Part shown: positions 27,904-37,361 of the stretch, piece by piece | Layout: each line of letters opens with the position of its first letter | Numbering within the stretch: the stretch's first letter is position 1 | From: Candidatus Woesearchaeota archaeon | GTDB lineage: Archaea; Nanobdellota; Nanobdellia; SCGC-AAA011-G17; GW2011-AR17 | Assembly (NCBI GenBank): GCA_964411565.1 | Contig: CAYPLB010000001.1 | Span: 106,839-170,838, forward strand | DNA: 64,000 nucleotides | Reading direction: 5' to 3' | Translations under genes and position numbers: made by a program | Notes under the pieces: generated by a model | Told to the model about the DNA's origin: nothing | The model's database searches: none | Seen by the model: only the letters and a program-made list of their open reading frames with translations

Positions 27904-28836
27904 TCAAGCTTCTAAAACTTTTAATACTGTATCAACAAGGTTGTCTTTGTCAAGTCCATACTTTTTGTATAAGTCGTTTGGATTTCCACTCTCACCAAAG
28001 AAATCTTTTGGTAAACCAATCTTTGTTAAAGCAGCTCTTCCATCATTCTCAACAATTGCTGAAGCAACCATATCACCAAGTCCACCAATAACTCTGTGAT
28101 CCTCTATAGTTACTATTTGGTCATATTCTCTTGCAACTTTACCAACTGAAGCACCATCAAAAGGATGTATAGAAGGTACATTGATTACTTTTGTTGAAAT
28201 CTTATGTTTTTCTTCAAGTTCTTTAGCAGCTTCTAATGCAGTAGCAATTGTTCCTCCCTGTGCATATACTGCAATATCGTTACCTTGTCTAAGAGTTACT
28301 GTTCTACCTGGAATAAATCTATAATTCTCTTTATTTACTTCTAACATTGGTTGTCTACATAATCTTAAGTAAGCTGGGCTATTGCTTGTAGCAAGATGTT
28401 CCATAATTGCTTTTGTTTCTATTTCATCAGCAGGTTGGTATATTTCTAAACCTTGCATTGCTCGCATAATTGCTAAATCTCTTGTACCCATTTGAGTTGC
28501 ACCGTCTTTACCAATTGCTAAACCTGCATGAGTTCCAACTAAAACTACTGGAGCTCTGTTATAACAAATTGAATTTGCTATTTGGTTTGTTGCAACTTCC
28601 ATGAATGCACCAAAAGTACTGAAGAAAGGTCTGTAACCTGAAAGAGCTAAACCAGATGCAATACTAACAGCATTTGATTCTGCAATTCCACATTCAAAAA
28701 ATCTTTCTGGATATTGTTTGCCAAAAGCTTTTGTTTTTGTAGCACCACATAAGTCTGCACTTACTACTAAAATATTTTCATATCTTGAACCTAAATCTAA
28801 TAAAGATTCACCAAATGATTCTCTTGTTGATTTCAT
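27904..28836 (-). CDS. transketolase, C-terminal subunit (split transketolase)
   Basis: 310 aa. It has pyrimidine-binding and C-terminal domains (FFECGIAESNAVSIASGLALSG...THAGLAIGKDGATQ). It overlaps the N-terminal subunit gene by 4 nt. Confidence 0.9.
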   Translation of the reverse strand: MKSTRESFGESLLDLGSRYENILVVSADLCGATKTKAFGKQYPERFFECGIAESNAVSIASGLALSGYRPFFSTFGAFMEVATNQIANSICYNRAPVVLVGTHAGLAIGKDGATQMGTRDLAIMRAMQGLEIYQPADEIETKAIMEHLATSNSPAYLRLCRQPMLEVNKENYRFIPGRTVTLRQGNDIAVYAQGGTIATALEAAKELEEKHKISTKVINVPSIHPFDGASVGKVAREYDQIVTIEDHRVIGGLGDMVASAIVENDGRAALTKIGLPKDFFGESGNPNDLYKKYGLDKDNLVDTVLKVLEA

Positions 28837-29723
28837 TGATAACCTCCTAATTCAGTCATTGCTTTTTTGTAATCTGTATCTCCAATTTTTTTTGCGTGCC
28901 AGGACATTGTGTTTTCCATGAAAGAAACACCTTTGCCTTTAACAGTGTCAGCAATAATCATTGTTGGTTTGTCAGTAACTTCTCTTGCAATTTTGTAAGC
29001 ATCTAATAAGTCTCTATAATTATGGCCATCAGCTTCAATTACATTCCAACCAAAGGCTTCCCACATTTTGGGAAGTTGTTCTCTTGGAAGTAATCTTGTA
29101 GAAGCTCCATCATTTTGAAATTGGTTATAATCAGTTATTGCAAGTAAGTGACCTAGTTTACCTTCTCTTGCGAATGTTGAAGCAGACATAGCAGCTTCCC
29201 AAACTTGACCTTCTTGACTTTCACCATCACCAATAATTACATAAGTTCTTCTGTCTAAACCTTGAAGTTTTGCAGCTAAAGAATAACCAATAGCTCCACT
29301 TAATCCTTGGCCTAATGAACCTGTTGAAAAGTCAATGTATTCAGGTAAAGCAGTTCTAACTGGATGACCTTCAAGTCTACTGTCAACTTCTCTTAAAGTA
29401 TCAACAAGTTCTTTTTCAGGAATAAAATCACCAACTGCTAAAGCTGCGTATAATGCTGGAGCAGCATGACCTTTTGAAAGAATAAAAATATCTCTTTCAG
29501 TTGGAGCTGGTTCGAAGGTTGGTCTCTCTCCTGTTTTTGAGTGTCTTATTACATTTTTTGTTGGTACACCAAAATTCATCTCCTCAAAAAATAAACTAGT
29601 TACTAAATCAGTAACAGATAAAGATGGACCTGGATGACCTGATTGAGTTTTGTAAAGGGATTCTATGATTAATCTCCTTGCATGTAAACTCTTTTCTTCT
29701 AAATTTTTAATTTTATCTTTCAT
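28833..29723 (-). CDS. transketolase, N-terminal subunit (TPP-binding)
   Basis: 296 aa. QSGHPGPSLSVTDLV, GHAAPALYAALAV and GSLGQGLSGAIG...IGDGESQEG match the TPP/PP domain. Confidence 0.9.
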   Translation of the reverse strand: MKDKIKNLEEKSLHARRLIIESLYKTQSGHPGPSLSVTDLVTSLFFEEMNFGVPTKNVIRHSKTGERPTFEPAPTERDIFILSKGHAAPALYAALAVGDFIPEKELVDTLREVDSRLEGHPVRTALPEYIDFSTGSLGQGLSGAIGYSLAAKLQGLDRRTYVIIGDGESQEGQVWEAAMSASTFAREGKLGHLLAITDYNQFQNDGASTRLLPREQLPKMWEAFGWNVIEADGHNYRDLLDAYKIAREVTDKPTMIIADTVKGKGVSFMENTMSWHAKKIGDTDYKKAMTELGGYQ

Positions 29724-29724
29724 T

Positions 29725-30381
29725 TTATATCCTTAAATATTGATCAGCTACTTTACCTTTTAATATTCCAATCATTGCATGAAGAACATGTAATGATAAA
29801 TCTTCATATGTTAAATTAAAATCATTTCCACCAGTTTGGCCAGGGAATAATGAACCTTCACCAGGAATGATTATACAATGATCTGCTAAGTCTTTTGCAG
29901 TTCCACCATCTTTTCTTGCTCCAACAATTGCAATTGATTTTGCTCCATATTCTTTTGCAACTTCAAAAGCATTAATTACATTTCTAGAAGTTCCACTTCC
30001 AGTTAAACCAATAACTAGATCTCCTTCATCAATTTCATAGTTTCTTAATTGTTGTGCAAAAATTTGATCATAACCAAGATCATTTGCTAAGCCTGTTAAC
30101 ATTGCACCACTTGCGCCTAAATCTACAGTTCTTAGTCCTTGAATTCCTTTAGGTAAAGGTCTACTTTTATCTTCACTAACAAAGGGATGTGTGCTAAGAT
30201 CCATTAAAGCATGAGAAATTGTTCCAGCTGGACCACCATTTGCACATCCATAAACAGTTCCATTATCAAAATAAGTTTGAATTAATGTTTCTGAAGCCCT
30301 TCCTATTTCTTCACGAGGTAGACTCATTAAAGATTGTGCCGTTTCTGTTTGATATTGTCTTAGTAGTGTTTCGATTTTCAT
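29725..30381 (-). CDS. SIS-domain sugar-phosphate isomerase (GmhA/sedoheptulose-7-phosphate isomerase-like)
   Basis: The ORF track starts at 30402. An internal ATG at 30379-30381 is preceded by a strong SD (ctGGAGGaaaaaaATG) and aligns with GmhA N-termini (MKIETLLRQYQ...). The motifs GCANGGPAG...LTGSGTSRN support the family. Confidence 0.8.
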   Translation of the reverse strand: MKIETLLRQYQTETAQSLMSLPREEIGRASETLIQTYFDNGTVYGCANGGPAGTISHALMDLSTHPFVSEDKSRPLPKGIQGLRTVDLGASGAMLTGLANDLGYDQIFAQQLRNYEIDEGDLVIGLTGSGTSRNVINAFEVAKEYGAKSIAIVGARKDGGTAKDLADHCIIIPGEGSLFPGQTGGNDFNLTYEDLSLHVLHAMIGILKGKVADQYLRI

Positions 30382-31972
30382 TTTTTTCCTCCAGTAGTTC
30401 AAAAAGCATTAGTTTTCCTAAGTAGTATAGGAAAATGTTGTAAGGTGTATGATGTAATGGTGCAATATTTGGGAAATGTAGAGCACCAAGCACCTTAACT
30501 TTGTAGAGATCGTAATTATTGGCTTTAATAAAGTTGTGAAAGATTTTTCTGAATCTTAGAAGGTTTCCTTTGGCTAAATAATTGAAATTTATTTGGTTCC
30601 CTTTTTTCTTTACAAAGAATTCGTTTCTTCTAATTATTTCTCCATTGATAATTAATGCATGTTCTAATTTTGCAAAATCATAGTAAATATCTCCAAATTC
30701 TAAAATACCTCCAAAGTCGTGTCTCCAGTCAATTAAAACAGAATCTCCATTGTTTTTCATAATAATATTTTCAGGTTGGAAATCTCCATGAAATAATACT
30801 GGAACACCTTCACAGAATCTGTCCCAATCAATTCTTTCTAATAAAGAAGCCATTGTTGGAACTCTTACACCATTTATAGTTTCTTCTTCATCTTGAATTC
30901 CAGTTCTTAAGTAAAAATCTTTTATTCTACTCTTTGTCTTTCCTTCAATGAAATTTTTACATGCTTCTTTGAATTTAATTTTTTGTTCGTCAGTTAATTC
31001 TTTCTCTTTCCATAAAGTTTCTTTTTGTTTTTTTAGAAGATTTTTGAAATTTTCTTGATCAAAAGTTTCTGAAAGCATTTTTCCTTCAATCATTTCGTAT
31101 GCATAAAAATGAGGTTTACTTAATGTAATCTCAGGAACAATTCCTTTTAGTAAATTTGCTCTATCTACTCTGTCTTTTGCAGATTTTGGATTTGCAAAAT
31201 ATTTTATTACTTTGTTGTTTTCAAAATATATGAATTCGTTTAATTTTGGTAAGACTTTATTTTTACTGAAATTAATACAAGTAATTTCATAAGAGTTTTG
31301 ATCTCCTGTGTTATACCATGTGAAAGGAATTGCTTCTAGTTTATGTTCAATTAGAGTGTTTAACCCATTTGAAACCTGAAGTTCATTTTTTATTAATTCA
31401 CTTTTACTTTCTTCTAAACCTTCCCAGAATTCTTTGTAGTTTTTTACTCCAGCCATTCCAATGAAAGCATTGTCTAAGATTGTTTTGTAGTCTAAACAAA
31501 CTTGTAATAGTATCTCTGTTTCAAATTTGTCAAAGAATTTTATAACTCTATCATTAACAACTTCTGAAATACAAAAGTTTTGTGAGTTTTTTACAGGTGC
31601 AACTCCTATCCAATTCCTTGTAGGTTTGGGAATGTCTTCTGCAACTAATGTATCACATGAAGTAAAAATAAATGGACAATTTAGGTGTGGTTTACAAGAT
31701 AATAAAGAAAGTCCTGGACCTGAGCCTGGGCCGTCCCAATTTTCTACTTCTACAAAAGTAATTAATCTGTCTGGATGAGTTATAGCTAAGTAATCTTTTA
31801 CTTGTTGTGCTTTATATCCAAGAGGTATTACTATTTCAACATCCTTAGGAAATTTTTCAATAATTCTTGATATAGCTGATTTATGGCCAACTGGAAGTAG
31901 AGCATTATTAACTAGTTCTGAATATTTTACTCTGTTATTTTTTCCTGCAGCTAAAATACAAACTTTATACAT
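30311..31972 (-). CDS. bifunctional nucleotidyltransferase / APH-choline-kinase-like kinase
   Basis: 553 aa. The N-terminus has MYKVCILAAGKNNR...FPKDVEIVI...GSGPG (sugar/alcohol-phosphate NTase). The C-terminus has HGDFQPENIIM...LIDWRHDFGG (Brenner HGD-x4-N plus D-x-x motifs of the APH/choline-kinase fold). Its 3' end overlaps the SIS gene start by about 71 nt. Confidence 0.75.
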   Translation of the reverse strand: MYKVCILAAGKNNRVKYSELVNNALLPVGHKSAISRIIEKFPKDVEIVIPLGYKAQQVKDYLAITHPDRLITFVEVENWDGPGSGPGLSLLSCKPHLNCPFIFTSCDTLVAEDIPKPTRNWIGVAPVKNSQNFCISEVVNDRVIKFFDKFETEILLQVCLDYKTILDNAFIGMAGVKNYKEFWEGLEESKSELIKNELQVSNGLNTLIEHKLEAIPFTWYNTGDQNSYEITCINFSKNKVLPKLNEFIYFENNKVIKYFANPKSAKDRVDRANLLKGIVPEITLSKPHFYAYEMIEGKMLSETFDQENFKNLLKKQKETLWKEKELTDEQKIKFKEACKNFIEGKTKSRIKDFYLRTGIQDEEETINGVRVPTMASLLERIDWDRFCEGVPVLFHGDFQPENIIMKNNGDSVLIDWRHDFGGILEFGDIYYDFAKLEHALIINGEIIRRNEFFVKKKGNQINFNYLAKGNLLRFRKIFHNFIKANNYDLYKVKVLGALHFPNIAPLHHTPYNIFLYYLGKLMLFELLEEKNENRNTTKTISNRNGTIFNESTS

Positions 31973-33227
31973 TCACTCCTCCTCCAAGGTGTTCAGAAAC
32001 AATTCTCCCTGATTGTCTTCCAGAATCATCACTGATCCTTTCAACATCATCAAGTTCTGGAGTTGATGTTTCGTAAGCTACATAATCTGTAACTGAAATA
32101 ACTCTGTGAACAATACCTTTTCTTGATGTCCAAAATTGTCCAGGTTTTCTTCTTTCTTTGTAATCATTTAAATTTAAAGATAAAACCTCTTTGTTGGTTT
32201 CTTCTCTTGGTTTTGTTAAATCAATTTCAATTCCATCAATAACATCTGCTTCACCTTCTGTTAAATAATTTGTTTCAAGCTTGTTTAAGTGGTATTGTAA
32301 ACTACATTGATTTCCAGCTGTCATCCAAATTTGTTTTAATACATGAAGGTTTGTCCAAGAAATCCAAAGTTCTCCACCCCAAGGTTTGTTAACTTTTTTT
32401 GGATCCTTTATTATTTTGAATGTTGTTAAAGGTCTTTCTATTTGGGTTTGTCCGTCGTCGATAATTTCTTTTATTAAAAACCCTTGAGGGACTTCAGAAT
32501 GTGTTGAAAACGCTAAGAAATCTTTGCTAATTTCTTTTAGTTGATATTCTTCATTTGGAATTGTAATAAAACCTTGGCCTTCTCTAAGTAAAACTTTTTC
32601 TGAAGTGAAAGAATTTTTTATCTCTAATATAGCTTGACCTTTGTGAATGTAAGTTGTCCTTAAATTTTTTGATTTGAAAGTTTCAGTTTCACTTTTGTTG
32701 TTATATAACCATTTTTCAAAGGTGTATCTTGGTGTTTTATCAATAAGTTCTATTTTTATTGAACTTTTATCTTCACTAAAAAATCTTTTATTTATTTCAA
32801 TACAAGCATCGCAAACAGCACCTTCAGCTGAATTAGATTCTGTTACAAAGTCTGCTGACATTTTAGCTTCTCTTCTTGCATTTTGAGGAGCTATTCCAAA
32901 TGCACATGCTTTTAAAATTGGAGCATCATGAATACTGTCACCAATAAATATAGTTTCATTTAAATTAAAGTTTTTTTTCATGTAATCAGATCTGCTTTCT
33001 TCTGAAACTAGTTCTAAATCATAACCCATATCATCTTGGATTCTTTTTTTTGTAATGAGAAAACCTCTCTTGTCTGCTGTTATAAATTTTATTTTTATTT
33101 TGTCTTTAATTAATTTTAGTCCATCTGAATCATGTGGTCCAAATATTTTGTAAATTTTGCCTTTTTCAGAATATAAAAATTGTCCTGTGGTCATAACACC
33201 ATCTACATCTAGTATAAAGTTTTTCAT
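31965..33227 (-). CDS. fusion: HAD-IIIA (KdsC-like) phosphatase + type II phosphomannose-isomerase-like cupin
   Basis: 420 aa. The N-terminus has LDVDGVMTTGQ...GDSIHDAPILKACAFGIA (KdsC/YrbI-type HAD). The C-terminus has KPWGGELWI and SLQYHLNKLETNYLTEGEADV, which are PMI type II cupin motifs. Confidence 0.7.
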   Translation of the reverse strand: MKNFILDVDGVMTTGQFLYSEKGKIYKIFGPHDSDGLKLIKDKIKIKFITADKRGFLITKKRIQDDMGYDLELVSEESRSDYMKKNFNLNETIFIGDSIHDAPILKACAFGIAPQNARREAKMSADFVTESNSAEGAVCDACIEINKRFFSEDKSSIKIELIDKTPRYTFEKWLYNNKSETETFKSKNLRTTYIHKGQAILEIKNSFTSEKVLLREGQGFITIPNEEYQLKEISKDFLAFSTHSEVPQGFLIKEIIDDGQTQIERPLTTFKIIKDPKKVNKPWGGELWISWTNLHVLKQIWMTAGNQCSLQYHLNKLETNYLTEGEADVIDGIEIDLTKPREETNKEVLSLNLNDYKERRKPGQFWTSRKGIVHRVISVTDYVAYETSTPELDDVERISDDSGRQSGRIVSEHLGGGVNV

Positions 33228-34037
33228 TTATTTTCCTCCCAGTAAATTAATTACTGCTCTTTGCATTTCTTCAACAGGTGCATCTTGTCCTGTATATAAT
33301 TTAAATTGTGCTGCAGCCTGACCAACACACATAACATAACCAGGAATAACAGTTAAATCTAATTCTTTTGCTTCTCTTATTATTCTTGATTCAATAGGTG
33401 AAGTAACAACATCATAAACAACTTCAAAATTGTTTAGATTCATTTGAGGATAAGGAGTTTCATCAGAATTCATACCTATTGAAGTAGCATTAATTAGTAA
33501 ATATCCATTTTCATTTCTTCTTTCTTCCCAATCAATAACTTTTGCTTCTAAAGTTGATGCAAGTTGTTCAGCTTTTCCTCTTGATCTGTTACTTATGTAT
33601 AAGTCTCCACCTTTTTCAATTACAGCAAGACCAATTGCTTTTGCTACACCACCAGCACCTAGCATTAAAATTTTTTTTCCGTTAATTTCTGGAAGAGCAT
33701 CTTTTGCACCTGAATAATCTGTATTGTATCCAATAAGTCTGCCATTATCATTTAGAATTGTGTTTACTGCACCAATAGTTGAAACTTTTGGATCAATTAA
33801 ATCTAAAAAAGGAATTACTAATGGTTTAAATGGCATTGATACACTACAACCTCTAATGCCAGTTGCTCTAACTGTTTGTAATAATTCTGGAAGTTTTGTT
33901 TCGTCTTCTAAACCTAAAGGCTGATAATGGAAATTTAATCCTAAAGCATTATATCCAACATTGTGAACTGTAAAACCAAATTTACCAGGGTATTTTGCTA
34001 AAGAAATACATAGTGTAGGTGGGGTATTTTTTTTCAT
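33228..34037 (-). CDS. shikimate/quinate 5-dehydrogenase family oxidoreductase
   Basis: 269 aa. SVSMPFK, GYNTDYSGA and GAGGVAKAIG (Rossmann) are hallmarks of AroE-family enzymes. Confidence 0.8.
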   Translation of the reverse strand: MKKNTPPTLCISLAKYPGKFGFTVHNVGYNALGLNFHYQPLGLEDETKLPELLQTVRATGIRGCSVSMPFKPLVIPFLDLIDPKVSTIGAVNTILNDNGRLIGYNTDYSGAKDALPEINGKKILMLGAGGVAKAIGLAVIEKGGDLYISNRSRGKAEQLASTLEAKVIDWEERRNENGYLLINATSIGMNSDETPYPQMNLNNFEVVYDVVTSPIESRIIREAKELDLTVIPGYVMCVGQAAAQFKLYTGQDAPVEEMQRAVINLLGGK

Positions 34038-34074
34038 GTTTTTGATCCTATTTTATCCTCTTTATAAATTTTAT

Positions 34075-34791
34075 TTATTTAAGATAGTCAATAGTTTTTT
34101 GAGTACTATCTGGGGAGTAATCGTCAATAAAAAGTATTTCTCCTTCTTTTAATTCTCTACCAATTTCTCTTTGAGTTGCTTCAATTAATGCATCTTCTGG
34201 AAGAGTTCTTGTTAAAGCAATATTTTTTCTTACTCCTGCTGTTATTGAACCAGCTAATCCTAAAGGAGAATCTTCCCAAACTGCACAATACTTTGGTGGT
34301 ACTCTTAACATTCCTGCAGCATAAACAAATACATCTGGTTCTGGTTTGTGTCTTAAATCCAGTTCTGAAGTTAAACAAATATTTCCATCGAATAATGCAC
34401 TTGTTCCTCTAATCTTATCTGAAATATAAAATTGATCTGAGCCTGATGCAACTGCCACTGGTGTATTAGGAAATGCTTCTCTTATTTTTTGATAATGTTC
34501 TAAGAAACCTGGAACATGAGAAGCAACTTCTGCATACCATGCATGAATCATTGGCATTCTAACTTTTGAAAGCTCTTGAGCTGTTACTTTTCCTTTTAAT
34601 CCATGAACATCAATTAATACTTCTAAACCTGGGATTTCAGGTTTTCCAGAAAAATGTCTTCTTAAGTCTGGATCAAATTTTACATTATATGGTTTTAAAA
34701 TTTCTGTGTTCATGTTAACTAATGCTTGTTCTATGTCAATTACTATTCCGTCATGATCAAATAAGAATCCTTTTATGTTAGTGTCTACCAT
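34075..34791 (-). CDS. HAD-superfamily hydrolase (beta-phosphoglucomutase/phosphatase-like)
   Basis: 238 aa. FLFDHDGIVID is HAD motif I (DxD). Confidence 0.7.
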   Translation of the reverse strand: MVDTNIKGFLFDHDGIVIDIEQALVNMNTEILKPYNVKFDPDLRRHFSGKPEIPGLEVLIDVHGLKGKVTAQELSKVRMPMIHAWYAEVASHVPGFLEHYQKIREAFPNTPVAVASGSDQFYISDKIRGTSALFDGNICLTSELDLRHKPEPDVFVYAAGMLRVPPKYCAVWEDSPLGLAGSITAGVRKNIALTRTLPEDALIEATQREIGRELKEGEILFIDDYSPDSTQKTIDYLK

Positions 34792-34823
34792 TTGGCAACA
34801 ACAATGATTTCGTTTTAAAAGTT

Positions 34824-35687
34824 TTATGAAGAAATAGTAGATTCTCTTAGTGCTAAAACTGCACCGAAAAGACCTGCATTGTCGCCTAAAGAAGAAGGTT
34901 TTATTATAGGCTGCATTTTGAAGTTTTCTAGAATTTTGTTTGTTTCATTTATTAGTTTTGGATGACTTGCGCCTCCACCAATTACAATTGAATCTGGATC
35001 AAATGTTCTAATAGCATTATGACAAAAAATTGCTAAAATTTTTGCAGTTTCTTTTAATGTTTTTTCTGTCATTTCATTATTAGTATACCAAATCTCACTA
35101 GTTCTCTCTAGATTGCCTCCTCTTTTATTGTGTCTATTTAGAATGCTTTTACCTTTTAGGATACTATCCCAAGTTCCACTTTTTGCTCCAAAAATAATTG
35201 AATCCGATTCTATATCAAAAATTGTGTTACTAATCTCTCCAGCTTTTCCGTTTGATCCATTGTAAAGATTTTTGTTAATAATAATTCCTGCACCAACTCC
35301 AGTACCTAAAGTAAAACCAATCATATTTTGTGTATTTCTGCCAGCACCAATTCTGTTTTCAGCTAATGTGAAACAATTTCCATCATTTTCTAAAACTAGA
35401 GGAATGTTAATGTTTAGTTCTTTTTTTAAGTCAACTCCATTTAATATTGGTACATTTGGTGTATCAATAATGGTTGTTTCTTTGAATAAACCTGGAACTG
35501 CAAAGCCTATTCCTGATATAGAAAATTCATTTGAGAACTCTTTTAATTGTTCTTTTATTTGGTTAATCATAAAATCTTTTCCTTTATGAATTGCAGTTTC
35601 TAGAATAGTTTTTTTAATTAAATTATTATTTTCGTCAATTAAAGCAAATGCTATTTTTGTTCCACCTAAGTCAATCCCTATTTCCAT
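34824..35687 (-). CDS. ROK/glucokinase-like sugar kinase (actin-like ATPase fold)
   Basis: 287 aa. MEIGIDLGGTKIAFALID is the phosphate-1 motif and GFTLGTGVGAGII is the phosphate-2/adenosine motif. No Zn CxC motif is seen. Confidence 0.7.
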   Translation of the reverse strand: MEIGIDLGGTKIAFALIDENNNLIKKTILETAIHKGKDFMINQIKEQLKEFSNEFSISGIGFAVPGLFKETTIIDTPNVPILNGVDLKKELNINIPLVLENDGNCFTLAENRIGAGRNTQNMIGFTLGTGVGAGIIINKNLYNGSNGKAGEISNTIFDIESDSIIFGAKSGTWDSILKGKSILNRHNKRGGNLERTSEIWYTNNEMTEKTLKETAKILAIFCHNAIRTFDPDSIVIGGGASHPKLINETNKILENFKMQPIIKPSSLGDNAGLFGAVLALRESTISS

Positions 35688-35778
35688 CTTTAATCAGAAA
35701 GTATAAGATTTATTTATAAAATTTTGGTATTAATACTTTACCAATAATTTTATAAGTTTGGTCAAATAAAGGAGGAAA

Positions 35779-37146
35779 ATGGAAAATGTGGTGTTTATTG
35801 ATCCTTCACATAAAGGATCTACTGAGGAATTTAATTGTGGATTACTAACAATTGGAACTTATTTAGATTCTAAAGGTTATAAAGTTAATTTGATTTTTTC
35901 TTCAAATGATTATAGTGTGTTTGATCAATATATTAATGATGAAACTGTTTATGTAGGTATTTCTGCAATGACTACACAAATTCCAGAAGCATTGAAAGTT
36001 TTGAAATATGTAAAAGAAAAATGGCCTAAAGTAACAATTGTTTTTGGAGGTTATCATTCGATTTTGTATCCTGAACAAACTTTAGAACATAAAGATATAG
36101 ATTTTATTTGTTTAGGAGATGGTGTTGAACTTTGTGAAGAATTAATTTTAGCTTTGAAAGGAAAAAAAGAATTTAAGGATATTAAGGGTTTAGGTTATAA
36201 AGAAAATGGTAATTTGAAGTTTAATGAGAAATGTGCTCATACAGATCTTTCTATTATTCCAAGGATGAATTATGGTTTAGTTCATGATTTTAAGCCAATT
36301 GAAAGAAAATTACATTTTAATAAAGGTGAAAAAGTTAAAACAGGAATTGTTTTCTCAGGGAATGGCTGTCCCTTTTCTTGTACTTTTTGTATTAATTCTG
36401 CTATGCAAAGGAAATGGCAAGGAAGAGATATAGAATTAGTCTTAGATGAAATTGAATGGTTTATTAATGAACATGAAGTTAATGATATTTATTTGATAGA
36501 TGAATTATTTTTTGTAAAGAAAGAAAGGTTCTTTCAATTTTTAGATGGGATTGAAAAAAGAAATTTGAATTTTACTTGGAACTCTCAATGTAGAGCAGAA
36601 TATTTTGGAGATCATTATTTATCTGTAGATGTTTTGAAGAGAATGAGAAAATTGGGAGCTAGTGGAATTTTGTTAGGAGTTGAATCTGGCTCACAGAGAA
36701 TGTTAAATAAAATGAGGAAAGGAATTAAAGTTAGTAGTGTCATCAAAGCAGTTGAAATGATGGGGGAAGCTGGAATTGTTCCAAGAGCTAGTTTTATTAT
36801 TGGAATGCCTGGTGAAACTCGAGACGATATGTTGAGAACTTTTAAGTTGATCATAGAATTGTATAAAATAAATTCGAATCTGTATTTACATGGACCAAGT
36901 ATTTATAGACCTTATCCAGGTGGTTTAATGTATGATGAATTGTTGGAATCAGGACATTATAGTCATCCAAAAAAATTGGAGAAGTGGGATTTAGTAGATT
37001 CTTCTTGGAATGATAGATATCTTCTAAAAGATTCAGATTGGATTGAAGAAAAAGATTTAATTTTAGATATTAAGGATACTTTAAATGTTTTTAAGAAATT
37101 TAAGAAAAGAAAAATGTTTGATGTTGCTAGATTCTTTTTGAAGTAA
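35779..37146 (+). CDS. B12-binding radical SAM enzyme (class B rSAM, likely methyltransferase)
   Basis: 455 aa. An N-terminal cobalamin-binding-like domain is followed by GNGCPFSCTFC (C-x3-C-x2-C). Confidence 0.8.
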   Translation: MENVVFIDPSHKGSTEEFNCGLLTIGTYLDSKGYKVNLIFSSNDYSVFDQYINDETVYVGISAMTTQIPEALKVLKYVKEKWPKVTIVFGGYHSILYPEQTLEHKDIDFICLGDGVELCEELILALKGKKEFKDIKGLGYKENGNLKFNEKCAHTDLSIIPRMNYGLVHDFKPIERKLHFNKGEKVKTGIVFSGNGCPFSCTFCINSAMQRKWQGRDIELVLDEIEWFINEHEVNDIYLIDELFFVKKERFFQFLDGIEKRNLNFTWNSQCRAEYFGDHYLSVDVLKRMRKLGASGILLGVESGSQRMLNKMRKGIKVSSVIKAVEMMGEAGIVPRASFIIGMPGETRDDMLRTFKLIIELYKINSNLYLHGPSIYRPYPGGLMYDELLESGHYSHPKKLEKWDLVDSSWNDRYLLKDSDWIEEKDLILDIKDTLNVFKKFKKRKMFDVARFFLK

Positions 37147-37361
37147 GTATATTATCAAGAAAAGCTGATGGAATTTTTACTTAAGAAATTACCTTATATG
37201 GATCCAAGTGCTAAAACTTTATTTAGACCTGATTTGGATAGATCATATATGAATCTTTTGAGAATGACAGATGAAATTGATGTTTTAGATGCAGAAAAAG
37301 TTATGGTTGAAGCAAAGTAAGTATCCATAAGCTTTAAAAGTAGTTTTTTTAACAAAATCTT

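Noticed and set aside
33228-34037. Calling this gene bona fide aroE of aromatic amino-acid biosynthesis
   Set aside because: The family motifs are clear, but its placement inside a sugar-phosphate operon with HAD, NTase and kinase genes makes a sugar/cyclitol reductase role at least as likely. No gene symbol is assigned.
37165-37317. 50-aa plus-strand ORF (MEFLLKKLPYMDPSAKTLFRPDLDRSYMNLLRMTDEIDVLDAEKVMVEAK) in the 215-bp spacer after the first rSAM gene
   Set aside because: It is below the ORF-track threshold, with no SD or TATA at the expected spacing and no motif. It is recorded only as a possible small protein.
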